This document shows, piece after piece, positions 1 to 11,237 of a stretch of DNA of 64,000 bases. The translations under genes were made by a program, and so were the position numbers. The notes under the pieces were generated by a model. It saw nothing but the letters and a program-made list of their open reading frames with translations. It had not been told where the DNA came from and made no database searches. Numbering within the stretch: position 1 is the stretch's first letter; the number at the start of each line of letters is the position of its first letter. Source of the stretch: Pristiophorus japonicus (taxonomy: Eukaryota); assembly GCF_044704955.1 (NCBI RefSeq), contig NC_091984.1, positions 145,018,001 through 145,082,000 on the forward strand. Reading direction: 5' to 3'.

Positions 1-432
1 AAATTATTGACAAGTTTTGCTCATTGCAAAATATCAGTAACATTGCAAAATATTACCTGCTGATATTTACTGGCACCCTCAAGGGGTCACAATACTGAAA
101 GATGTTGCAGCAACACTGTGGGTGCATTCACCAGGTGGACTGCAGCGATTGAAGAAGTGGCCCCACCCCCACCTTCTCAAGGGCAACTAGACGGGATTCC
201 CCATCTATTGTCCCCAATTCCGGGGTCCTCATCTTTTTATCTGTTATTTCCCACGATACTTCTGTATCCATGGCAACACCCCCACCCCCATAATCAATAG
301 ACTCAACTTATATTCTCCTAAAATCACCTGATACAATTTGCTTCTAAGAGTCTATTGTGTGACTTCAGTTCTACAGGAATACAGTTACTTATTCCATCTC
401 AGTTCCCTTACTGTGCTCAGGCTCTCTGCTCT

Positions 433-692
433 NNNNNNNNNNNNNNNNNNNNNNNNNNNNNNNNNNNNNNNNNNNNNNNNNNNNNNNNNNNNNNNNNNNN
501 NNNNNNNNNNNNNNNNNNNNNNNNNNNNNNNNNNNNNNNNNNNNNNNNNNNNNNNNNNNNNNNNNNNNNNNNNNNNNNNNNNNNNNNNNNNNNNNNNNNN
601 NNNNNNNNNNNNNNNNNNNNNNNNNNNNNNNNNNNNNNNNNNNNNNNNNNNNNNNNNNNNNNNNNNNNNNNNNNNNNNNNNNNNNNNNNNNN
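433..692. other. Assembly gap (260 N)
   Basis: Run of N. Confidence 1.
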
Positions 693-784
693 CTCTGTCC
701 CTTCCTCTCTCTATAGATCTCGAATTATCGTTCTGTCCCTTCCTCTCTCCAACTCTCTCGTTCCGTATGTCTCGCTTTCTCTAT

Positions 785-945
785 CTCAACAACAACTTGT
801 ATTTATATAGTGCCTGTAACGCAGTAAAACACCCCAAGGCCCTTCACAGCAGTGTTATAAGACAAAACAGATAAATTTGACACGAGCCACATAAGGAGAT
901 GTCAGGGCAGGTGACCAAAAGCTGGGTGAGAGAGGTCGTTTTTAT
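785..945 (-). mobile_element. L2/SINE 3'-end fragment
   Basis: AACAACAACTTGTATTTATATAGTGCC... is the reverse complement of the L2-type tail also seen at ~33340-33380 and ~23955. Confidence 0.6.
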
Positions 946-1662
946 CTTTTCTTTCTCCTTCCCTCTCTTCATCTATCAATCTCTGGCTTTTTCTCTCTCT
1001 ATCTGTCTCTCCCCCTCAATACACATTAACCCATAATATGCCTTAGCAATATCAAGCTGATAACCGGTTATCTGACCAACTATCCCACACATCAAAGGCA
1101 TCTGAGTCAAACAGTCCTGAATAGCGCATCTAATGTGGATTGATTTGGAAGCCCGGGTACATATGGTGTCCATACTCCCTGCAATGTACTCTTGGACAGC
1201 CCTCCATACCAGGGCGATCAATTCTCCACAGTGATCATGGGTCACAGGAAGATTACACATGGGTCCAATTCACAGGTAAGACTTTTGCAGTCATTGACCG
1301 CAATCGTTGTGTATGAGTCTCGGTATGTAGCTTCCTGTCCTGTGTGGAACCACATCCTCTATAGTCACTTTCAATGCTGTGAACAAGGGATCACTGACAT
1401 TACCTCGCTCTGAAGTTTGCTGCATTGTCAGAGGTGTCAAAGCGAGCTGGGGATTGTGACTCTGGTTGCATGGTGTTTGGATGGTCCATTTGATCCTGGG
1501 TTAATATATCAAGGGAAGGTTGTGTTGTTGCTGCTTACTGATCACCTTCTCCCCCTTGTAGTCATTGCTGCACTTTCCCCACATGGTGTTGCACTGTTGA
1601 AGTCGCAGATGAGAAAAACCTGCCTTTGTGAGCGAGGCAAAGTCTGTTGACCATGTGAGCTC

Positions 1663-1883
1663 TGTGATCTATTTAGCACTCAAATCACTGACTCCACACA
1701 GTCTGGTGTTGTAGTAACTGCTGTGACCTTAGTCCTTTATTGTTTAACTCCAGAGTGTCTCTCAGGTGTGGTGGGCAGCCTTTTATACTCTGTCTTGTAG
1801 GTACTTTCAGCTCTCCCACCACAGCGCCATCTGTGGCACACCATTGTAACCATACATTTAATGTACCTGGACAATACATAACA
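1663..1883 (-). repeat. Gypsy 3' LTR
   Basis: TGTGAT...ATAACA; homologous to 4453-4662; PPT at 1884-1898. Confidence 0.85.
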
Positions 1884-3085
1884 TCTCACTCCCCCCCCAA
1901 TTCCAAAAGCCTTTGCCGGTAACCTCGGCATTGTTCGTCCTGGTTGATTTGTGAGTATAAGTCCATGACCATCCACTTCACTCTTCTTCCCATGTAGGGA
2001 TTATGCTTGCGATCCAATGCAAGCATGTGGTATTTGCAGTCCTTACATGGGTGATGAAGTACACGAGCATAACCTCCAACAGAAAGCAGGTATACATAGA
2101 CAGTACATTTGTATGGTACATATAGATGCATTGAAGAATTATAACAAAAGGTTGCAGGTACACTGAACAGTTATTTAATCCCAGCTCTACTGGGTGAGGT
2201 ACAGTGGGGCCATAGAGCCCCTTTTTGCCTGAGGTAATGGGCTGCGCTGAGACAGGGTATCGCAACTAGTGCATTGCCTCTGTTCTCACAAAGTAGTCAC
2301 CTTTGTGGCTCATCTGCAGCCGCTGAACCATTACATGAATCACCTAAAATCGGAAATCGCATTAGTCCATTAGTCATGTTAGTCACAGATCCATTAACCC
2401 TTTTACTTGTACCTTGTGGTAATAACTCTTTTCATAAATCATATCCATCATTTTAAACACAGTAATCATTTCAGCTTCAAAATATTAACTTGTGTCAAAA
2501 ATCACGTCATCATACAAATCACATTACTCATTTAGACTCGCTCTTGCCTTACAACGGCCAAGGGCCCTTTTAAGACTCCAGGGTTCATTTCCCTTTTAAG
2601 ACACCATCTTGTTTTTCCCACGAGGCTTCCACTGGGCTCCGTCATTTTAGGTGCTCTGCTTGCCTTTCTCTGGAGAACTCTGCTGCCACGAGGCTTGCCA
2701 CCATCTTGAGCTCGCTGTGCCCCTTTACATTGAAACAACTCCGTCAACAGTTGCAGCTAATTACAGAAAAGGAGGTTCCAAGCCAAAAGAGACGTAGCGT
2801 ACATGAAGAAATGGTACAGAAAAGGCGTCGGTTAAACACTCATTTTGTTGAGGAGGAACTTCCTGCAATTACTGAACCAATTGAGGATGTGAATGGCTTG
2901 ACTGCACTGCTGAGCGAGTTGGGGAAGAAAAATGTGAATCCCGTTTCTGCTCTATCTATTTTGCAAGCGCAGAGGATGCCATCTGCATTTCCAAGAGGTG
3001 GAGAATTCAGAGGCTTCTGGCATGACATGTTACTTTCTTCCTGCAGTTGTGGATGGGGTGGAGTTTAAAGAAGGAATAGGTGTCA

Positions 3086-3595
<510 letters not shown>

Positions 3596-3609
3596 TCACC
3601 TGCAATGAT

Positions 3610-3849
3610 CTACAAAGATAAACCGCGCGTCTCGCCCCCGTGATATACCTGCACACCCGCTCTGCCAAGAACAGGTATCAGTTCCTTGGTGTAGGTGTAC
3701 AGCTTTGCCGTGACCAGGACCAGCTTGGGTCGTGCAGCTGGGTTGATCCACAGTTTATCAAAAGTTTCCTGACTCATCAGCGACTGAACCGATCCAGTGT
3801 CCACTTTCATACTCATTGGGACTCCATTAATCTTGACTTCCAAAACCAC
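3610..3849 (-). pseudogene. Gypsy aspartic protease remnant
   Basis: VKINGVPMSMKVDTGSVQSLMS (DTG active-site motif). Confidence 0.85.
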
Positions 3850-3898
3850 TGGGGCTGAATCGTTGGTACAAGTATACAGTCCAAATGCCTCATCTTCT

Positions 3899-4417
3899 TC
3901 AAGTCGAGGTCATAAATGCCCGGCTGATGATGATGGCTTGCCGCAGGCTGACTGTAGGTTCAGTGGATAGCAGCTTGTGAAGGAGACCCTCATGGCCAAT
4001 CCCCATAACAAAAACATCTCGCAACGCCTCTTCAAGGTGTGTGCCTAAATCACACGGCACCGCGAGTCTCCTGATGTCCGCAGCATATTTGGTGACATCC
4101 TGGCCCTCAGGTCTGCAGTGGTGGTAGAATTTGTGCCTGGCCGTGAGGATGCTCTCCTTCAGTTTCAGTTGGTCACGAATAAGTTCAATCAGCTCCTCAT
4201 ATGACTTGTCCTTGGTGCTCGCGGGTGCCAGCAAATCCCTGACGAGATAGTAAACGTCATCGCCACAACTGGACAGCAATATCGCCTTACGCTTCTCTCT
4301 CAGTGCGTTCGTATCCCCCGTCAGGTCGTTTGCTATAAAGTAGTACTCGAGCCTTTCCATAAAGGCCTCCCAATCATTACCCACTGTAAAATCCTTTAGT
4401 GAGCCCAGAGTAGCCAT
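3899..4417 (-). pseudogene. Gypsy gag (N-terminal part)
   Basis: DWEAFMERLEYYFIAN...ARHKFY...LRDVFVMGI; same type as gag at 63102. Confidence 0.85.
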
Positions 4418-4452
4418 GGTTGCGTGAAGCTCATCCGTGCCCTCATCGCCAA

Positions 4453-4662
4453 TGTGATGTATGTAGCACTGAAATCGCTGACTCCACAGTCTGGTGTTGA
4501 TATAACTGCTGTGACCTTAGTCCTTTATTGTGTAACTCCAGAGTGTCTCTCAGGTGTGGTGGGCAGCCTTTTATACTCTTGCAGGTACTTTCAGGTCTCC
4601 CACCACAGCGCCCTCTGTGGCGCACCATTGTAACCTTACATTTAATGTACCTGGACAATACA
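4453..4662 (-). repeat. Gypsy 5' LTR
   Basis: Homologous to 1663-1883; adjacent PBS. Confidence 0.85.
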
Positions 4663-5239
4663 GAACAAGCTCTTCACCTGGTGGATAGTAAACACAGACC
4701 GCTGCTACTTGCACCAGTTGACCTACAACAAATCCCCTTCTAACATGCTGTCTGAAGCGCTGTCGTCCCCAGTCTTTCGTCACGGCCCCCAGTTTGAGAA
4801 TAAAATCTGACAACTGCGACCAGCGGCTGGTAATGTGCTCCCTTCTCCTGATCCTGGACACAAACCCAGCCAGCAGTGCTCACCCTCCGTGCTCTCCATT
4901 TTACACTGAACACATTCCGGGCCTGCTTCATGCTCACTGCTGCCCATTCATTGTCTCTCTCTCAGTTTACAATCCAACACTTAGCATTTATTTGTCGTTT
5001 TCTCAGGTTTTATTTTCATTACTTCATTTGTTCTTCCATCACAGAAATGCTACTTATTTTAATTATGCATAATTAATTGTAATTATGAACAAATATGATG
5101 TCGCGTTCCATTTGCTGGTGTAATGAAACGGCCGGTAATTTAATCCGAGCTGCCCCTGTTTGCACCGCACTTCCCACCAAGTTGTGGCGACGGAGCGAGA
5201 GCAGCTCCCAGTAAATTCCCAGAGTTTTTGATTCACAGC

Positions 5240-6350
5240 ATCAGATATTCATACAACAGTACAGCAGAGAAGGGGCCATTTGGCCCATCGAGTCTGCGCT
5301 GGCTCTTACAAAGAGCAATCCAGTTGTCCCACTCCCCCGCTCTTTCCCCATATCCATGCAACATTTTCTCCTTCAAATATTTATCCAGTTCCCTTCACAA
5401 GTTTACCGTTGAATCTGTCTCCACCAACCTCAGGCAGTGCATTCCCAATCCGAAGCACCCGTTGGTAAAAAAGCCTGTCCCAATGTCGCCTCTCATATTT
5501 TGAACAAGTGTGTAACAATTACAATGCTCCAGTCCTCTGGCACCACCCTTGTGTGTAATGCGGATTGAAAGATTGCAGCAAGCCCCCTGCAATTTCTACC
5601 CTGACTTCCGTCAGCAACCTAGGAAGCTTCCCACCCACACCGGGTGACTCCCCCACTGTAAGTAATGCCCGCCTTTCTTACTTCCTGTTCATCTATTTTA
5701 TCTCACCTGCTTAACATCCTTATTTACCAGAGTGTTGGCAAAGTCTGCTTCTCTGGTAAACACTGATGTAAGTTGCTCATTTAGTACATCAGCCATGCCT
5801 GCTGCCTCCACCAATAGATCTTCATTTCAGTCCCTAATCGGCCCCACCGCCCCTCTGACAACCCTTTTACTGTTAATATACCGATAGAAGACTTTGGATT
5901 TGTTTATATGTCAGACGCCATTGTAATGGTGTCCTATGGCTTTGCCCCTCTTATTCCCCTTTGTACTTCCCCTCTGTACTTTTTATTATTCTGCTTGATT
6001 CTCCCTTGTATTATCAAGCTGACCTCTGTCATATGTCCCACTTTTCTGCTTCATCCTACTCTCTAACTCCTCTTCATCCCCAGGGAGATCTGGCTTTGGC
6101 TGTCGTCCCTTCCCCCTGTGGGATTGTACATAGTCTGTACCGGGACCATCTTCTCTTTAAATGCCACCAATTTCTCCAGTATGTTTCTGACTGTCAGTCT
6201 ATGACTCAATTTATCCAGGCCAGATCCCTCCCCAATTCCCTGAAATTAGCCCACCTCCAGTTAAGTATTTGTATTCTAGATTGTTCCTCTTTCGTCAAAT
6301 CTAATCTAAACCTTCCTCTATAATGATGGCTATGCCCAGGATGTTCCCCA
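5240..6350 (-). mobile_element. Degenerate CR1 LINE fragments (3' end and ORF2 pieces)
   Basis: Antisense similarity to CR1 3' UTR (GGCCATTTGGCCCATCGAG) and ORF2 of other copies in the window. Confidence 0.6.
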
Positions 6351-6606
6351 CTGTGACATCCTCAGCACTTTTGGAACATTCTCCATGATGTCTCTGCCCC
6401 TGGCACCAGGGAGTACATACCATGCACTTTAACCCACATTCCATGTTACAATCGCTCTCCAGTCGACAGATCCAGCAGGAATAAAGCATCAAGTTCCCAT
6501 CCGGATTCTGCAGTAAAGCTGTACATTTCACCCAAACACTCTGAAAGGCCTAATGTGTTGTAACCTGCTGGCTGATTCCCTATTTCTGTTTGTTTCCCAT
6601 TTACAG

Positions 6607-7515
6607 CCAACGTGATGACGATTGTGATCCTGTCCCGGGGAAAGTGTGATCTCTCCGGATGTGTCACTCGCTACCTGGTGGCCATGGCAACAGCTGATCT
6701 ACTGGTCATTATCATTGACGTGATACTGTCTTGGATTAATGATTATTATTTCCCTACTACCTTCCTGTTGATCACCCCTGTGTGCTCTGTCCAATGTGCC
6801 CTAAAAGATGCCGTCACAGACATTTCTGTCTGGTTAACCGTCGCTTTCACTTTTGATCGATTTGTTACCATTTGTTGTCAGAAGCTGAGGACTAAATATT
6901 GCACCAAGAAAACGGCCGCCGTGGTGATCGGAACCGTGTGTCTGCTGTTCTGTTTAAAACCATTCGCTGGTACTTTGTAATGGAACCCTACTATACAATC
7001 GACAACATACCCTGGGGCTGCCGTGGTAAACTAGAGCATTACCCTGCAACTGCTTGGGTAGCATTTAGCTGGATTCCCCGCTGTGTCACCCCACTGCTCC
7101 CGATATTGCTGATATTGTTGCTCAATGCTCTGACTGTACGACACATTTTGATGGCCAGCAGAGTCTGCAGGAGGCTGAGGGGCAGCAGGAATGATGTGAA
7201 TCACAAAGATCCAGAGCTGGAGAAGCAAAGAAAATCCATCATCTTGGTCTTCGCTATATCCGGCAACTTCATCCTGCTCTGGGTGGTGTACGTGATAGTT
7301 TTTTTACTCAGCCGAATTACAAAAAATTATTATTCAATAGGTGTCAAAGACCCGTTGTTGATCACAGATCAAACCGCCTACATGCTCCTGCTCTTGAGTA
7401 GCTGCACAAACACGGGTATTTATGCAGTGACCCAGACTAAATTCCGAGAGGAGCTGAAGAATGGGCGAAATATCCACTGAATCAAATATTGAGATTAGTT
7501 AAACATGCACAATAA
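6607..7515 (+). pseudogene. Rhodopsin-class GPCR, GPR139/GPR142-like (expanded elasmobranch family), main exon with two frameshifts
   Basis: Splice acceptor TTTACAG ending 6606; TM segments TIVILSRGKC..YLVAMATADLLV, SVWLTVAFTFDRFVTICC, TPLLPILLILLLNALTVRHI, LLLLSSCTNTGIYAVTQTKFREEL; 1-bp deletions near 6958 and 7465. Confidence 0.85.
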
Positions 7516-7587
7516 CAGGACAATGACCAGCATTAGACTTCTCTCTCTTAGGCCATCCCCCAGAATCGAGGTGACTTGCTTCCACAC

Positions 7588-8076
7588 TGAAATGGAGTAT
7601 TTAAATAAACACTCGACACCAGGTCTGTGTTCGAAGATTCAAGCCGTCTTTATATTGCACCGGTAGGGAGGTGACCTGCTCCGGGTCTAACCAGGTCACT
7701 GTCCAACGATACATCAGTTTCAACAGCTTTTTATACACTTAAACATACATGCTCAACCTCACGATTCTTTGGCACCATTTGATTCGTTCAAAACCCATGT
7801 GCACAGTGGCTGATTGGTTACCTATTTTTATGCCTAGCTCGCGTAACATTCAAAGTTTGTCTGAAGTTTGTGGTTTGTATATTTGAAGCCGTTACTGCTC
7901 CTTAGACTAGCCGTTTACCAACCACATCCCGTGCTTGTGCTTCGGACGTTATTTTATAGGATTCTTTGTAGCTTAAGCCTGTCTGCGGTTTATGTGTATA
8001 TGCCCTCTCAGCCATTGAAGGTAGTTTGCAGCTTTTTAAACCCCTTAATTCCTGAAGGTTGCAATGTCCCACTTCA
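7588..8076 (-). repeat. ERV 3' LTR
   Basis: Roughly 90% identical by eye to 18145-18631; adjacent PPT (AAAAGGGGGGAC on -). Confidence 0.9.
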
Positions 8077-9764
8077 GTCCCCCCTTTTGGTACTTGGGTA
8101 CCCGGCCCAAGAATACGAACCTAATTCTGCTCCATCCTGTGTCCCCTGCCCCATTCTGTGGTGATCAGCCACAGGTTTGGGGGGCCCGGGACGTAACCTA
8201 CGTCTCAGAATATTTCAGGGTGCTCGGCTTGTAATTTCCGCTGTTCCATAATCAACGACTTTGCTTTCCTTTTCCTGCATGCCAGAAATAACGCAATTCC
8301 CCATCCCACTGCAAATCCTAACTGTATAACCACCAGTACGTGAGAAGCTATAGGAATCCATGGATGGATATCCACATTCATTCCCAAAACCCATACATGT
8401 TTCCACCACTGAGTGTCCTTTAGGGTTTCTTCGATGTCCTTCGAATGCTTTATGGTATCTCCCAAAATCTCCTGATAATGTACTTTTACTTTCTCAGTGT
8501 CCTTTTCCAATTGTTTCAAATGTTCTTCGAGACGGGGAATGCTCTGCCAGCTGGGTATCTCGAATTGTTTCATTTCATCATTCCATTCTGGGTTGTTCAC
8601 AGTCCTCCTTTTGTGGGAATAGGTATCAATGGCCGATCTGGACCACAGCTTTGGACGTAAAACAAAAATTAAGTTCTGGGATCGCACATATGACATTACC
8701 ATGCTTGTACTCATTTTCCTTGGTAGGTATGCAGTACGTCTCATCATCCCGGGCTGCCACCTCAGTCCCTCCCTGACTAAGGGGGCTGATTTCCAACGTG
8801 TAATTAACCGTCTGATTGACCCCGCACGCTGTACGTTGCCCTCCTTCTATGGTGTGTGCACACACGATCACATCTGAATATTGCGTGCAGCTGTCGATGT
8901 GCACCCCTTGGAAAGGGCCACTTATTTTTAATGCATGGGGGGCATATCGTGAAATAAAACCCAGGATTGACCTTGTATCTCGCCAATGTTTCGTACTGTC
9001 CACAGAGGTCCGCCCTTCGCGCCCTCTATCTGTGGGATAGCTAGGACCATACCTATCAATTTCACTTCTCTGGTAATACAATTACTTGGAGACAAAAACT
9101 CTTGTGTTGCCTTGTGAACATCGCAGAGGGTAATACCGTCCTTCGTCCATTTGCACAACTGATCATTACTTGTCCAATCGGGTACTTTTTCCTGTTTGAT
9201 CAGGTTTACATTGTATCGGATGTTCCCTAGTAACCATGTGCCATACATTGTATATACAAGTTCTTTATATGTTTCTTGGGTTAGGTCAGTCACACACTTA
9301 CCTTATTGATAGTTTGGGCATGAGGTTCTCGGATTTCCTCAACTTGCTGCATTTGTCTGGCGACCTCCTCCCCTGTTTCTGACAACTGCGAAGTCAGATT
9401 GTTTCTCTTTAGTAAAAGGTTTCTCAAACGTTGGTCTAAGTCGTGAACTTCTTGGTCTACACTGGCTGTGTCAAATGTGTTAACAGTTGCCACCCTCGCC
9501 GCATACCAACAGTGTGTGTCGGTTGTTGTTAGACAATCGATAACATGAAAGCCACACATCGTCTCGTGGTTCATTGTCGGACTATCTCAATCGTATGTAC
9601 CGTAAGTATCACCTCAGCGTCTAGCCGTTGTGACCCTCTGTTCCCCATTTCACATAATGCCCATTGTCCTTGGGCCTCAATTGGCCCAATTAACTATCCA
9701 AATTCATTTTATCTTCCCTTTGGCAGTCACACGTTTAACTCTATTCCGGGGGCCCAGTGTCGGC

Positions 9765-10100
9765 GGCAGTCGGGAGCAGCGTCGAAGAGGTGCGTGGAGA
9801 GGCCTATAAAGGCACAGCAGGGAGTCGGGAGCAGCGTCGAGGAGGTGTGTGGAGAGGCCTATAAAGGCACAGCAGGGAGTCGGGAGCAGCATCGAAGAGG
9901 TGCGTGGAGAGGCCTATAAAGGCACAGCAGGGAGTCTGGAGCAGCGTCGAGGAGGTGCGTGGAGAGGCCTATAAAGGCACAGCAGGGAGTCGGGAGCAGC
10001 GTCGAGGAGGTGCGTGGAGAGGCCGATAAAAGGCACAGCAGGGAGTCCGGGGCCTAGCGTCGACGGCAGTTGGGAGGTGCGTGGAGAGGCCTATAAAAGG
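9765..10100 (+). repeat. About six 55-bp TATA-containing monomers in the CR1 5' UTR
   Basis: CTATAAA at 9804, 9859, 9914, 9969, variant at 10024, and 10091. Confidence 0.9.
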
Positions 10101-10284
10101 TGGGACTTGTGCAGCTACAGGGAGAAGGCAAAAAAGAAGTAGAAAGAAATCAAAAGGTGACGTCACAGCCAAGAGGGTAAGTGATTGGCTGGATTGGTGA
10201 GTACTTTTTCTTTTTACTCTTCTATAACAGTGAGTAACTTTTAACATTGTTGTTGCCAATTTAAGTGTATCTAAGGGTTAAGTC

Positions 10285-11232
10285 ATGGCAGGACGGCTCG
10301 GTCGGGTGTTATGCTCCTCCTGTACCATGTGGGAACTCAGGGAGGACTCCAGTGTCTCTGTCGACTATGTGTGCAGGAAGTGTATCCACCTCCAGCTCCT
10401 GATGGACCGCGTTGCGGAGTTGGAGCTGAGGGTGGATTCACTCTGGAGCATCCAAGATGCTGAGAATGACATGAGTATCACGTGTAGCAAGTTGGTCGTA
10501 CCGCAGGGAAAGGGTCCACAGCCAGATAGGGAATGGAAGACCAGCAGGAAGAGCAGTGCAAGGAAGGTAGTGCAGGAGTCCCCTGTGGTCATCCCCCTGC
10601 AAAACAGATACACCGCTCTGGGTACTGTTGAGGGGGATGACTCATCAGGGGAGGGCAGCAGCAGCCAAGTTCATGGCACTGTGGCTGGCTCTGCTGCACA
10701 GGAGGGGAGGAAAAAGAGTGGGAGAGCAATAGTCATTGGGGATTCAATGGTGAGGGGAATAGATAGGCATTTCTGCGGCCGCAACCGAGACTCCAGGATG
10801 GTATGTTGCCTCCCTGGTGCAAGGGTCAAGGATGTCTCAGAGTGGGTGCAGGACATTCTAAAAAGGGAGGGAGATCAGCCAGTTGTCGTGGTGCACATTG
10901 GTACCAACGACATAGGTAAAAAAAGGGATGAGGTCCTACAACACGAATTTAAGGAGCTAGGAGCTAAATTAAAAAGTAGGACCTCAAAAGTAGTAATCTC
11001 GGGATTGCTACCAGTGCCACGTGCTAGTCAGAGTAGGAATCGCAGGATAGCGCAGATGAATATGTGGCTTGAGCAGTGGTGCAGCAGGGAGGGATTCAAA
11101 TTCCTGGGGCATTGGAACCGGTTCTGGGGGAGGTGGGACCAGTACAAACCGGACGGTCTGCACATGGGCAGGACCGGAACCAATGTCCAAGGGGGAGTGT
11201 TTGCTAGTGCTGTTGGGGAGGATTTAAACTAA
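10285..11232 (+). CDS. CR1 ORF1p (Cys-rich zinc finger, coiled coil, SGNH esterase)
   Basis: CSSC...CRKC; IVIGDSMVRG; VVVHIGTND; DGLH; open 315-aa frame. Confidence 0.9.
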   Translation: MAGRLGRVLCSSCTMWELREDSSVSVDYVCRKCIHLQLLMDRVAELELRVDSLWSIQDAENDMSITCSKLVVPQGKGPQPDREWKTSRKSSARKVVQESPVVIPLQNRYTALGTVEGDDSSGEGSSSQVHGTVAGSAAQEGRKKSGRAIVIGDSMVRGIDRHFCGRNRDSRMVCCLPGARVKDVSEWVQDILKREGDQPVVVVHIGTNDIGKKRDEVLQHEFKELGAKLKSRTSKVVISGLLPVPRASQSRNRRIAQMNMWLEQWCSREGFKFLGHWNRFWGRWDQYKPDGLHMGRTGTNVQGGVFASAVGEDLN

Positions 11233-11237
11233 TATGG

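Noticed and set aside
338-874. ORFs spanning 433-692
   Set aside because: Artefacts of the N gap
2706-3068. 120-aa ORF with an NLS-like KRRRL
   Set aside because: No recognisable domain, TTG start, lies inside the LTR-element cargo
10177-10230. GTAAGT...TAACAG mini-intron in the CR1 5' UTR
   Set aside because: Only 54 nt and no transcript evidence
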